This document shows, one piece after another, positions 12,878 through 26,321 of a DNA stretch of 64,000 nucleotides (position 1 is its first letter; each line of letters starts with the position of its first letter). The DNA is taken from contig NC_068984.1 of NCBI RefSeq assembly GCF_001194135.2, forward strand, positions 30,872,678-30,936,677, written 5' to 3'. The stretch comes from Octopus bimaculoides (taxonomy: Eukaryota). A program made the position numbers and the translations under genes. The notes beneath the pieces were generated by a model that saw only the letters and a program-made list of their open reading frames with translations, searched no databases and was not told the origin of the DNA.

Positions 12878-13250
12878 GAAAGCGAAATCGGGATAGTACC
12901 TGTGCCCAGCGTCGCCTTTCTGGCACTTGTGCCCGTGACATGTGTAAGGATCTTCGAGTGAGATCGTTGCCAGTGCCCCTGGACTGGCTCTTGTGCGGCT
13001 GGCACATAAAATACACCATTTTGAGCGTGGCCGTTGCCAGTACCACCTGACTGGCCTTCGTGCGGGTGACACGTAAAAGCATCCACTACACTCTCTGAGT
13101 GGTTGGCGTTAGGAAGGGCATCCAGCTGTAGAAACTCTGCCAAATCAGATTGGAGCCTGGTGTTACCATTCGGTTTCACCAGTCCTCAGTCAAATCGTTC
13201 AACCCATGCTAGCATGGAAAGCGGACGTTAAATGATGATGATGATGATGA
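12878..13250 (+). mobile_element. RTE-clade LINE 3' UTR copy with (GAT)n tail
   Basis: Tandem ~65-bp units followed by ggttggcgttaggaagggcatccagctgtagaaac...ggacgttaaatgatgatg. Confidence 0.75.
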
Positions 13251-13319
13251 TATATATATATATGTATTATATCTTTCTGTATCTAAAAAAAGGAGAGGAT
13301 TGCATTATTCATTGGTGGA

Positions 13320-14340
13320 GGTGGTGGTTGGAATATCATTTTTTGTGTTCAGTAGTGGTTTGTACCTTCTGATGAAGAATTCGTCTTTATATTTCTGGAA
13401 ATATTTGCTGTCTGACCATAAAATAAAGAAGGGTAAGATTGTGAATTTTCCCTTTCCAAATGATGCGAAGTGTCCACTGCATGGGGTGTTTCTGAGAGAG
13501 GGGTCTTTAATTTGTTGTCTGTGTACATGAACTCTGTCATGTAGTCCTGTTCCAGTTTCACCAATATAGTACTCTTTACATAGTAGGCAAGTTGTACAGT
13601 AAATTAAGTTTTACATTTTGCAATTCATGTTTGCATTGATTTTGAAAATCTCATTGTTTTTAAAGATTTGTCCACCTTCTTCAATGTATTCACAGGTTCC
13701 ATATTGAGTGTCCCCACGTTTTTTAACTTGCATTGTTTCAAAATTAGCTGTAAATTTTGCCTTGGTGAGTTGATTTTTTTTTAAGTTGTGCTTGGCATCT
13801 GCTATATATTATTTGTGAGACTTATATGAGTGCATTCACTTTGTGGGGTTGCTGGAGAAGTAGGAGATATTGTTTGGTGGCTTTCATGATGTTGAAGTTC
13901 TTTGGGTTGTGAATGATGACAAAAAGATGACTGTTTTGTTCTTTTTATGTTATTGGTTTGTTTTTCTCAGTGTTGTCACTGGAATGTTCTGGGCCTTGGA
14001 GATGTCTGTATTGATAAGGTTCATTGAATACTCTTGTCTTTTAAGGAACCATTTTAGTTCATGTAATCATTTTCCTGTAGTGTGTTTTGTGTTACTACAG
14101 TGCAGATGCATTTTGCCCTTTTAAAAGAAATGTTCCTTTTGGTATGTAAAAGGTGTGGTGCTTGGAATTTTAAGTATTGGTGTGTGTCTGTTGGTTTGTA
14201 AAATAGGTCTGTTTTGATATGTTCCTTTTCTTCAATGATAAGGATATCCAGAAATGGTAGTTCCTTTCTACTACACTCCATGGTGAATTGTATTGCTTCA
14301 TGAAGCCTGTTTATGATGGAATGGAATCTTTGAAGGTCTT
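13320..14340 (-). mobile_element. Penelope-like element, RT thumb to GIY-YIG endonuclease, decayed
   Basis: IQFTMECSRKELPFLDILI...TDLFYKPTDTHQYL (PLE RT C-terminus, 14054-14340), then NLIYCTTCLLCKEYYIGETGTGLHDRVHVHRQQI (~13500-13610); several stops and frameshifts. Confidence 0.85.
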
Positions 14341-15733
14341 CATATACACACACACACANNNNNNNNNNNNNNNNNNATATATATATATATATACATGTGT
14401 GTGTTTGTGCGTGTATGATCATACATATGTTTTAATATGTATATAAATGATTCATGTTCAGACTTCATCACACCTTTTCATTAAAATTACTACTTTATCA
14501 GTATGAAGAATCTGCGTGGCATAGAAATATATTCTATTTGGGCGCACACAAGGAATGTAATGTAGGTATGTTTTGTAGAAATTATGCTTACAGGCTGATA
14601 TAACATGTTTACAAATGTTTCAGTTATAGTTTGTATTTATTTATGAACTTTCTTGTTTCGTTATAATCTATTTGAGATGCAGCACATGTTTATCAGTGAC
14701 CAGTGACGAAAATTTTGACACCATATTTAAATAATAAATGTTTAAGAGAAGTTGATAGTTTTTGTATGTCTCTGAATAGCTAACTTCTGTCTTCCATTTA
14801 GTTGCAACATATAATCTCATCAAAACACTTGCCATGCAAGTAAATCTCCATATAATCTATTTATTATTGATTTAATTAGGTATTTATTTATTGAATATTA
14901 TTTATTCGGTTTTCCATTTGCACATATATATTTTTACATATTTATTATACCAGTAAGTGTGCGTATAATTTTAAGTATGGGTTAGGAAGCATTTTGCGTA
15001 TGTGCAATTTACTTAACATGAAATGACCTCATTTTAATACTTGTCTACTTCAAATTCTTTGATGACATACATCGTGGAGACATTATTTTAAATGTTATGA
15101 ATGAAATACTTTGAAAACATATGAAGAATGCAGAAGCATTCTTAAGCAATTCAGTTATGTTTACAAAATCAAAATATTTTATTTCAGATGACTACTGAAA
15201 AAAATTCTCTATCTGTGTAAGTAAGTGTGTGTGTGTGTGTGTGTGTGTGTGTTCTGGGAAGTACCAACAAATGTGATAAATCAAAAAATAGAAGTATCTG
15301 ACAATGTAATAGAAGCCATATAATCAGTAATATAACAATATTAATAAAAATAAAACAAAAGTGGAAAATCTTTATGAAAATTTTATTATAAATATTGTAA
15401 TATAACTCTTGGAATAATGATTTTACATGTAAACATTGTACTGCTTTGTACTTTGTAAATATAGCATCGTATTTTCTAATTCAGGTTTTATAACTATCAT
15501 TAAACTATCCAGTGTCCCAGTAAACATTGTTAGAAGTAAAAGAACTGTATTTTTTCTTATGTCACAATTACCTACGACTTGTATACTATTTTGACCCATC
15601 ATTTTGAACAGATTGCATATAGCATCACATTTTGTATTTGTGGTCTTTTAACTAAGATCAAACTGTAACATTGAAATATTAATATTTCTAAATCTCATTA
15701 AAGAAGACTATGGCAGCAGTGCTGGATATTAAT

Positions 15734-16474
15734 AGTTATTGCCAAGCTAACAGTCTAGGAAAATAGAACGAATGCTGCCATTGATAAGCTCCAAGAAGCC
15801 ATCGCCTCACAAAACTGTGTCCATTATAACCTTTGAACAGGGGAGGTCAGCAGCTTCCCCTTGCTGGTTCAACATCCACAGACTAGTTTTGGGGTGTTTG
15901 CCCCTTTTCAATGTGGAGTAGCTGAACCCAGCAGGCATTGCTGCTGACCGTCTGTTTGAAGGTTTATTTACCTATATTCAGTGGAATACATCCACTGGTT
16001 TTCAAAAATAGAAATATCAATATTTCTAAATCTCTCTAAGGGAGACTGCAGCAGCAATCTGCAAGCTAACATGGCAGTCCAGGAAAATTATGATTGTTTT
16101 ATTAACTACAGGGAATAGTGTATGTTTTGAAAACATACTCCACATTGAAAAGGGGCAAATACCCTGAAAATAGTCTGTGGATGTTGAACCAGCAAGGGGA
16201 AACTTCTGTCCGCCCCTGTTTGAAGGTTGTAATAGACAGAGGTTTGTGTGTCACATAGCTAGCTGGAGGCGATTGCCTCTTGGAGTTAATCAATGGCATC
16301 ATTCATCCTATTTTCCTGGACTGCCATGTTAGCTTGGCGATAACTACAAATTGTAAAATTTTACTATCAAATGCAAAATATTAAATCTTTAGTTAAGAAA
16401 TTTATCAGTGTTTTCACCTACCATTTTCAAAACATACACTATTCCTTGTAGTTAATAAAACAATCATAATTTTT
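15734..16474. repeat. Nested inverted and direct repeat complex (fold-back)
   Basis: Arm 15734-15920 is the reverse complement of 16136-16345; 16084-16133 of 16424-16474; 16062-16087 of 16311-16336. A direct repeat links ~15680-15765 with ~16020-16088. Confidence 0.9.
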
Positions 16475-18734
16475 TATGAAGGGAAAAGTAATATACGATA
16501 TACATGTTTGGCCATTTTTAATTAGCTTCCTTCTTTTACTTAGTATTAGACTGAGGGTACTTCATAAAAAGAAGTATGAGCCTGACATATAGAGGATAGG
16601 GTGCTGTTGACTAGAGCATCTTTGACTAGAAGATCACTTAATCAGAGAGAGCTTTCCTTTTACTCCAAATATTGTGTCTGGTGGGTAGGACATTGCCCAT
16701 GACATTTTCAGGCTTTCTGATTCACACTGTTAATATTCCATTCAGCTGTTGAAGTACAACATTTGCATAAATATCTTGAGGAAAGTAAAGATTCCAGAGG
16801 GATGATATTATGGTGAAAAGGATTGGGAATAATGGTTAGTATAACCTACGTGGGTTGGGTACTTAACAACAAGAATAAAATCACCTCACCCAAAACAGTT
16901 TTCTAATTTATTAATGTGGAAATGGAAAAATGCTTTCTTTCAAAATGGTATGAATTGAAATTTTAGACAGAAAACTGAATATATAATATTTTTTAATGAA
17001 AAATGTGTGAAAAGCTCTCAGATATATTTACCGACTTGTGATTTGAAACAGGTTACATGTCATGGTGTATTAGTATAGGTTCCTTTTCTCTGTACTAGAT
17101 TTAAATTTATTGATATAGATTTTAGAGGAAGCAAGTTCAGATCCAATATGTTTTCTAAGCTCTGATCTACATTGATTGCATGCCGGACATTTGCATAATG
17201 TACACACATCAACTTTAATCAATAAAACAATAGACTGACTGAAGGAACTAAGAAAGGAATCAATTTTGAAAATTTTGCTTTGTACCTAGACTAATATTAT
17301 TATTTGTATATTTTGATTTTTTCAATATACTTCTGAAATATAAAAACATATACAGACATTTGGTGAAAGAAACATATGCATGTAAATACATATAAAGTTG
17401 AATGGAATTTTCTTTATCTTTTCCAATAAAGATTTTGACTTTTGTTTCTAACTTTTTAACAGATATTGGAATTAAAGTAATTTCTCACTAAATATTTTCT
17501 TTTTGCTAATTTCTTTTTTTCTTCTTCTTTTTCTTAAAATTAGGTTTTTAAAGTCTTATTCTGGTGTGCATTTTTTAATACATTACATCACAGATGTAAG
17601 TAAATCAAAATTTCAAATTTATCTAAAAAAAACCTGTATGAAATGGAAATAGGTATATAATCATAAGTATATTTGTGCATTTGTGTGTGCCTGTATTAAG
17701 CTTTGATTGTATACCTGTTAGTATATGCATGTACATGCTCGTGTACATTTATATTATATGCATTTCAAGAAAGGAGCCCATTTCTTAACACACATTCCTC
17801 CCTTCCCTTTTCTTCTGTTAAATAATTTTTTCTGATCACTTCAAAGATAAAAATCCATGTGATCAAAAATATTGCCAAATATTTTCATAGTTTTAAATAG
17901 AATACGATCCTGTGAAAATAGTGGAAAGTTGGCAACATTTCAGTTGACCAATGAAGAAACAGCAACTAAAATCCAAAAGTGATAGTGTAAAGGAAATCTG
18001 TAAGTGAAAAATAAAAATATATAAATGATAAATAAAAAAACTATATTAAAAGCAATTGGTGTTGAGCGGATCAGAAGTATGGAATCAATAAGAAAGACAT
18101 TATTACTTCTTCCTAATGCTAATAAATGATATATCATATACCATCTGCTAGCTTCTGACAGTTTTATGACATGTGGGCTGTTCTTAGCTTCATGTTATTT
18201 TATTTATTGTTATTGTTTTTCATATTTCATTTTTCTTTAAAATTTTTATTTGCTTATTTTCTCCTCATGAACACTTCTGTGATGTAATAAACATCCGCCT
18301 TATAATTTTGTTATTGGCACAATCAATAGCAAAGATGATGCGCCAAAGAAGGAATTTCCCTCAGTTTGCTAGAAATAGCAGCTAAATATTCTCAGATCAC
18401 ATTCAATTGTCTTAAAAATGGAAGGTACTCACTGGATAATGCAAATCAGATATCATTAAAAAGTTGGGCTGGTCAATGTTAGAATACCTTTGGACATATA
18501 TCTGCTCAATCAGATTTGGCCAATGATGACTATAACAACAACATCAGAAGTAAGACATAATAATATACAAAGTGCTATATTTTGTAGGAGGGCTTTGGAC
18601 ATAACAACACCAAAATCATTGGATCTACTGGACATGAGATATGAAATGGATGCAATCTGGAAAACAAAACTACTACACACATTTCACTTACTACATATTC
18701 AATTTCCAGTGTTTATGTCAATGATAGAAACATT

Positions 18735-19330
18735 AGCAACAAAGACAATAATAATGGTTTCTAATTTAAGCACAAGGCCAGTAATTTTGAAGAAAGGAGG
18801 TGAGTCAGTACTGTCTATCCCATACTTTGTTTTTTTGACCCTGATATGATAAAAGACAAGATCGACTTCAGTAGGATTTGAACTCGAGATACAAAGAGTT
18901 GAAACAAATATGTTCGATGCTCTAATGATTCTCCAAAAGCCATTTTAATAACCTTAATAATATAGACACAAGGCCTGAAATTTGGAGGGAAATGGTTAGT
19001 TGATAACATCAACCCCAGTGCTCAACAATACTTGGTTTATCAACTCCAAAAGAATGAAAGACAAAGTCAACCTCTGTGGCATTTGGACTCAGAGTGCAAA
19101 GACAGATGAAACGCTACCTGGTTTTTTGTCTGATATGTTGACAATTCTTCCAGTTTACCATTTCAACAACCACCTTAATAATAGTTTCAAATTTTGCCAT
19201 AAGGGCAGCAATTTTGTGGGAGGGAATAAGTTGATTACGTCGACCCCAGTGTTTCACTGCACCTTAATTTATTGATCCTGAAAGGATGAAAGGCAAAGTC
19301 TACCTTAGCAGAATTGGAACTCAGAACATA
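18735..19330 (-). mobile_element. Three tandem degenerate CORE-type tRNA SINE copies
   Basis: The reverse complement of gagttcaaat...gtcgactttgcctttcatcc...ggggtcga occurs three times (~18850-18900, ~19050-19090, ~19280-19325) at a ~210-bp period. Confidence 0.65.
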
Positions 19331-19351
19331 GAGATGGGGTGGGGTGGGGCA

Positions 19352-19830
19352 GGCATCAACCATGTTAGGATGGTGCTTTAATGTGCCACTGGCATAGGGA
19401 GCCAGTCAGGAGCACTGGCAATGACCCACGCATGAATGATGCTTATTGCATGCCACCAGCATGAGAGCCAGTCAGGCAGCACTGGCATCATCCACAACTA
19501 CAATTTCTATTTTTGATTGTGAGTTGATTTTTTATTTTACTTGACTCAATAGGTCTCCCGAAGCATGGTGTGTTGCCCGACGATTCAAAGGTACTTTTTA
19601 AATGGGCTGGTTATGCGACACTGGTAGAGACTATGGCTGTAATTTCACTTTACTTGCCAGGTCTTCTCAATCACAGCATATCTCCAGAGGTCTCTGTCTT
19701 TTGTCATTGCTTCTGTGAGGCCCAACGTTCAAAGGTCATGCTTGCCATGCCTTTCTGGGTCTCCATCTTCCACAGGCTCCTTCCAGGCTATGACCCTGTC
19801 CGTGACCTTCATCCAGTAGTTTGATACCCC
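19352..19830 (-). mobile_element. RTE-clade LINE ORF C-terminus plus part of the 3' UTR
   Basis: Minus strand ~19790-19645 reads RPRKAW..KHDL*TLGLTEAMTKDRDLWRYAVIEKTWQVK* (stop 19645-19647), typical of the RTE GRP..W C-terminus. It runs directly into the tandem-unit UTR. Confidence 0.75.
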
Positions 19831-20555
19831 TGTAGATATTTCTGAAAATATATTTGAAAATAGTCATTAAAAATTTATGAAAAATATATGAAAAAACATA
19901 GCTTGATTGAAAATTAGTAGCATCCTAGGATGATGAACACAACTAAAAGCTGTTAATTAAAATAATGAAGAGTTTGAATTATTTCAGAACAAATATCAGA
20001 TAAATCATAGAAAACTCATCCAGATATAATGAAGCATAGCAAAAAAAAAAAAAAAACCCAAAAAACAAAAAAAAAAAAAAAAAAAAAAAAAAGGAAAAAA
20101 AAACAATCGCATAAAAATATTGCCATTATATTATTTATAGTGATATTGCTACCCATAGTACAAAGACATCAAGTAAATCAAGCCAAGGAAAAAGTTGGTA
20201 TATGATCTCCCTTACTGCTAGAAATAGTAGCCAAATCTTTCTAAAGTCACATTCTACTGTTCTAAAAAAAAGGAGAGATGCATTCCACAAGGCTGTTTTG
20301 AATATAAAATGAAATAGGGTTGTCATACCCTGTGACCCATTTTTGATTTCCACCCAATGCACATAATTCCAATTTTCAAGGTGGTGCTCAAGCATGGCTG
20401 CAAGTCTGATGACTGAAACAAGTAAAGAATTAAAAAACAAAAGTGGTTACACATTAGCATCACATCCAATCTCATTTCATTTCACATGACTCTTTCTAAC
20501 ATATCAGCTTCTCTTCAAACATAGTTTTTTGCTTCAAATAACTAGGTATCTTATA

Positions 20556-20968
20556 GGCGTAGGATTGGCTGTATGGTAAGTAGCTTGCTTACCAACCACA
20601 TGGTTCCTGGTTCAGTCCCACTGTGTGGCACTTTGGGCAAGTGTCTTCTACTATAACCTCGGGCCAACCAAAGCTTTGTGAGTGGATTTGGTAGACGGAA
20701 ACTGAAAGAGCCCGTTGTATATATGTATATATATATCTGTATGCATGTGTGTATATGTTTGCATGTCTTGTTTTCCCCCCCAACATCACTTGACAACCGA
20801 TGGTAGTGTTTTTACATCTCCATAACTTAGGGGTTCGGCAAAAAGAGACTGTTAGAATAAGTGCTAGGCTTACAAAGAATAAGTCCCGGGTTTGATTTGC
20901 TCAACTAAAAAGGTGGTGCTCCAGCATGGCCACAGTCAAATGACTGAAACAAATAAAAGAGTAAAAGA
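20556..20968 (+). mobile_element. Full-length tRNA-derived SINE with target-site duplication
   Basis: Box A tggctgtatggt, box B ggttcagtccc, central (TA/TG) repeat, (AAAAGAGT) tail; flanked by gtatcttat at 20546-20554 and 20969-20977. Confidence 0.85.
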
Positions 20969-22629
20969 GTATCTTATCAACCAGTGGTACTCATACTTTT
21001 TTGGGTGGCCACCTCTTTGGCACCCAGGCTACATTTCTAGCACCCCTTCCACACACACCACCACAAACATTGACTATTTTCTGCTGCAAATTCAAAGCAT
21101 TTGCATTTCCTAAATAAAATTGAATCGTATTAACCCATTATTTTGTCGGTTCTTTTTTTTACATCCATCACCCCCTTTTGGCCACTCCACTTTCCTTGAA
21201 TGGTCCCCTGGATCTTTTCAAAGCTCCTACGGGGGCAGTATGCCCACCTTGGAAATCACTGTTCTAAACAATTTCCCATCCTATACAAAGCACAGAGAAC
21301 TTAAATAGCTGAATTAATAAAATCTAGGGACAACCATAGCAGTCACATAGAATTCACTCCATGTCAAATATATAATCACATACACAGCAAAATAAACTCC
21401 AAAAATGCAGAAAACTGTGAGCATCACCAAAACATAACCCATAAAATAAAGAGTAAAACACAATACAACTTAATTAACAGTAGCACTTTTAATAATAGCC
21501 ACACAGCACAATGCATCCTCTCTCAAACAAATTCAAATAACATACCTGGCAAGAGTTCAATGGCAAGACAACTTTTCTTTCTAGTCATTTGCCAAAATAA
21601 GTCATTAGAAACTACAGAACCAAGGCAAACATAAGATTATCATACATTCTATCAAAAACATGTAATTCAGACCATTCTTCAATCAGACACCAGATATGTA
21701 ATAAAGAAGTCTTGAAATTTAGGGCTAGACTAAATCATATACTCCTACACTTGAAATATCAGGAATGAACTATTGTATTTAGCAGCATTGGCAACTAGTT
21801 TTATATACAGGCAATTTGAAAACTTGGTGGAATTATACAACTTCTCAAAATGCCAGCTGAAACTGCATCATGTAGACATATCACCAGCTTATATACATCT
21901 TCAAAATCCTTTGCTGTCATTAACCCAGGCTTCACTGTATTCAGTCAGTACTCTTCTAATAAATCCCTCACAGAAAAATGCAACTCATTCTAACTTTATT
22001 GTATCAACACACTTTTGACTCTGTTTCCCATTATCACAGCTCTAATGCCTTTGATCAAATATCTTCTTGATCAAAGCTGAGTGGGATTAAACCACACATA
22101 TAAAAAACAGAACAACTGGACAGTCGAAAAATTGCAACATGCCTAAACTACTACATGATAGATTAATTGCAAAGATTAGAATTAGTAATTACTTCATTAC
22201 CAATAGTTAATCATTTTAAAATTTGGTACAAGACTGAAACAGGAGGGGCTACTTTGAATGGATCCTCAAGAGTCTTGCTTATTTTATAAATGTTGATGTG
22301 ATTGAAAATCTAATCAGCTTTGGTGGAACAAGAACTGAAGAGGTTTAGGGATGTGCAAAAACATTATCACTTAGCTATGCTAGCAACATATCCCTTCTGT
22401 TACTGTTTATTTTTCTATCTCTCTCTCAATCTATTCTCCTTACCTCAGTATATCTTTCTCTGCCTTACACTCAATCCTTGAATTCCCCTTTTGCCTCTTC
22501 CTAGCTTTATCTACAACCAACTCCCATCATATATTGTTTCAAAATCTACCTCTGTATTCTCTTCATACTTCTCTCAGCAACCCACATTCTCTGCTAACCC
22601 CCACCCCATTCCCTACTGCATTCATTGCC

Positions 22630-23150
22630 TCTTCCTTTAGTTTTCTATAGCCTGATTTGACATGGTTTCTATAGCCTGATTTGACATGGTTTCTATAGCC
22701 TGATTGAGCATGGTTTCTATGACTGGATGCCCTTCTTAGTGTAAACCACACCAAGAGTGTAGTAGGTGCTATTTATGTGCCACCAGCATGAGTGTCAATG
22801 ATGTGACACCAGCATTGGCCATGACTATGATCCCACTTAGCTTGACAGGTCTTCACAAGCATAGTATATTGCCAAAGGTCTCAGTCAGCTGCCACTGTCT
22901 CTGTGAGACTTGACACTCAAATGCTGCCTTTTATGTGCCACCAGCATGGGTGCCAGTCAGACGGCACTGGCATCGGCCATGACTACGATTTCACTTGGAT
23001 TCACAAGTTTTGTCAAGCACGGCATACCACCCAACATTTGAAGGGTGCTTTTTATGTGCCACTTACACAACACTGGCATCAGCCATGACTCTGATCTCAC
23101 TTGGCTTGATGGGTCTTTTCAAGCTTTGCATATCACTAAAAGTCTTGGTT
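22630..23150 (-). mobile_element. Diverged RTE 3' UTR copy with a 24-bp unit repeated three times
   Basis: ttctatagcctgatttgacatggt x3 from ~22644, followed by ggatgcccttc and the ggtgctttt..gtgccac units; remnants of the DLW.Y..L.KT coding tail at ~22830-22920. Confidence 0.7.
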
Positions 23151-23399
23151 ACTTGTTACTTATAGAACCATTAAATGTGCTGGGTTATTCAATGAAAATG
23201 TAATGGAGCATGAAGGTTATATTGATATAACCTTTACAGCTATATTAATAAAAAAAATAGGTGATAGTTTGCAACTCAGAAATAGAGCACTATTTTAAAA
23301 GATGTAGATATCAAGTTGTGTGTTGGGGGAACAGCAGAAGGAAGGAATGTTGATTTAAAACTTGGAATGGTATGAAAATTCAAGTAGTGGAATACTTCA

Positions 23400-23990
23400 T
23401 TATTTTGTTTACTAGGAAACAATGCTGAATAGAGAAAGATTTAATGGTGGTGGCTAGAATGAGAGAAATTTTGAGAACTATGTGGTATACTAATGAGGAC
23501 AGTAAAATGAAGAGAAAGGTCTATTCTGTATACAGACGTACCATTTTTTATGGTGGTAGATATGGGGGAACAATATGGTGTCACAGAGGAAACTAGAAAA
23601 AATGGAAATTGGAACAGTTCTGTTGATGAACAAGGTATTGCTAATATAAAAAGGAAGGCAATCAATGAAATGCAGAGGATGATGGAAACAGAGCCAGTGA
23701 TGAATGTTGTGCAGAGAAATGTGATAAACTGGTTGAGTCATGGACTGAGGAAGGATGAAAATGACTAGTTATGAGTATTGATGGAAATTAATGTCAAAAG
23801 AACTAGTGGATGGGAAGGATCCATAGATCCATGCATAAAGATGCTGGAAGAGAAAATGAAGAAAAATAAGGATAAGAGATTTTGTGAGGCAGAATGAAAA
23901 GGATACAACAAAATGAAGCCTGCAAGCTAACCCTTGCTTTACCTGTGAAGATGGGTTAAGACAGTTATTGTTGGTGTTTGTTGCAAAGAA
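23400..23990 (+). mobile_element. Highly decayed RTE-like LINE C-terminus
   Basis: VMNVVQRNVINWLSHGLRKDEND resembles the RTE LRWFGHVxR motif; it is followed by a purine-rich GRP..W-like region and a short ttgttggtg tail. Confidence 0.45.
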
Positions 23991-26219
23991 GAAATAAAAG
24001 TGATTGGCTATTAACATAAACTGTTTTCTTTCTTTTTTTGGTGTGGAAGGTTGTAGTACAGAGCCTGTGGGATTTTAAAATATTTTTTAACTAGATGTAA
24101 GTGTGTAGCTAACATATTTATGGATATATAGAAATAGAAGGTATTTGTGGAGAAAATAAGCATTTTATGAAAAAGAAAAATATTTCCCTGATTAAATAAG
24201 CTGGATAATTTGTTTTTACAGACATGAAAGTATTTACTCTGTTTATTTATCTATTTATTTAATTCTTTGTTGGCTGATTGGTTTATTGACTTCTTGGGGA
24301 AAAAATAAGGAAAAAAAAATGTTTTTAATATCAGTTTATTGAATATATTTTCACTTTCAATAAACACATAAGTATGCACAAACCCACCCATGTAATAGAT
24401 AGAGAGGTAGATCAATATAGATATGTGTGGATATATATGTGTACGTTTGTCTATTTGTGTGTGTGTGAACCATGAAAGTGATTTATTGCAAGATTTATGT
24501 ACCAGTTGAATGGTCAAGCACTTGGTGAATATTGAAAGTCTAAGGAATAACTTGGTAAAGGCACAGTTGAATAATTGTATGTTGAGGAATGAGATGGAAT
24601 ACAGTAATGAAATGGGAATAGCTGTGATGGTTACTTATTTTCTTTGCCATCCTCTTCTTCATATTCTTCTCTTCTTTTCCTACTGTTGCTTCTTGTGGTA
24701 GTAGTAGTAATATTGTTGGTGGTGGTAGTTGTCATTATTGTCGTTGTATCTAAATCAGTACTGATCAAGCAGAATAAACCATAAGTGTAGCCAATTGAAC
24801 AACTTCAGATATATTGTCCATTTCTGTTTCTTTTTACTTTATGTTTTTATTGCTTACTTGTTTTTCTATTTTTATTTTCACCACTATAAATGGTAATTAT
24901 TCAATCAGTCTCTTTAGGATGAAAGGAAAGTTCCAATTCGACAGGAATTGAACTCACAATTCTACATTACTGAATAGGTCATCAAATATATATAGCCTAA
25001 ACTGCCTTGAATTTCGTGATCTATAGGGACTTACAATTTTTTTTTTTCTTTTCTTTCAAAGAAGAGCTATAATAAAAACACACAAGATTGATCAGTTTTT
25101 GTGTTTTGTATTTCTACTTTCACCAACTTTTGATTGGTATAGTCACTAATCACCTGAAGGTAACATACAAAAACACTCACTCACACAAATACAGATTTTT
25201 CATATATTTCATACTTTATAAGAATGGAAAAAAAAAATTATATAATTCCTCAATTTTTTCCTAACTTCTACAAATAAATTTTGATGTTTGTAACTATTTG
25301 GTGCAGAAATTTTCTTTTTTCAATTATTTTATAGAATATTCGAGTACAATTGTCTTCAATATTTGTCATGTACAGATATTGACACACAAACACAGACACA
25401 TACATAAACATCTCTCCCCCACTCTTTTTCTCTTTTCTGTGTGTATGTTTGTATATATTTTGTATGTGCGTGCATGTGTATGTAAGTATATATGTTTGTG
25501 TGCATGTGCATTTTTTCTCTTTCTTTTACGACTCTTTGAATTCGTATAAAGAAGATGGTAGTTTGTAGCTAAGAAACAAAGCTCTATTATTTGAATGTAG
25601 ATATCAATAGAGGAAAATTTTTTATGATGATACTGAGTTTTAAAAAAGTTTTGCATACTTTCACAGTTCTGCTTTTTTATATTCATATATCATGCATTTG
25701 TAAAGAAAAGGAAAAAAAAAGAGCATTATAGGTTTCCAGTCAACCAAGCACTGTTCACTGCTTACAGATTGAATTTGAAGAATGCATGCTCTATATTTTC
25801 TTTCCTTCTTTCTTTATTTCTTTTATAGTTTGTTTGTTTCTTTTTATTTATTTAGTTTAGAATTTATTTCAGGTTTCAAAGCAATTGTCTTTGGCTGACC
25901 TCATTCTCATTGATTCTGAATAAAATTTTCACATCTACTGGACAGTAAATAATATATATATATTTTTGTCCTGAACGGATATATTATAGGCCTGTTCTGT
26001 TTGCATTTGGTAGAAGTTTTTGATGGGAATGTTTCACCAATATTCCATGTATGATTTTACCAAATATCAGAAATAGTTTAAATATTCTCTCCTAAAGCAG
26101 TTCTTATTACTAATGGATGGCATTGTATAATGTTTTAGGAACATTATCATGGCACAGAGGAAGGTAATGGAAGATACTGCACATCCTGATCCCAAGTATA
26201 ATATTTCCCATATATATCC

Positions 26220-26321
26220 ACACCACCACCACAACCACCACCACCACTGCCTCCGCCGCCGCCGTCGTCGTCATCATCATCATCATCATCATCATCATCA
26301 CCATCATCGCCATCATCATCA

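Noticed and set aside
14462-17170. Plus-strand exon-like segments at 14502-14565, 15188-15216, ~16798-16834 and ~17099-17165
   Set aside because: Splice signals are plausible, but I could not join them in a consistent phase into a recognisable protein.
20036-20104. A-rich tract as the poly(A) tail of a retrocopy
   Set aside because: No target-site duplication or upstream coding sequence could be identified.
20556-20640. tRNA gene suggested by A and B boxes
   Set aside because: It continues into a SINE body and tail with a TSD and forms no full cloverleaf; the other A/B-box hits are also SINE heads.
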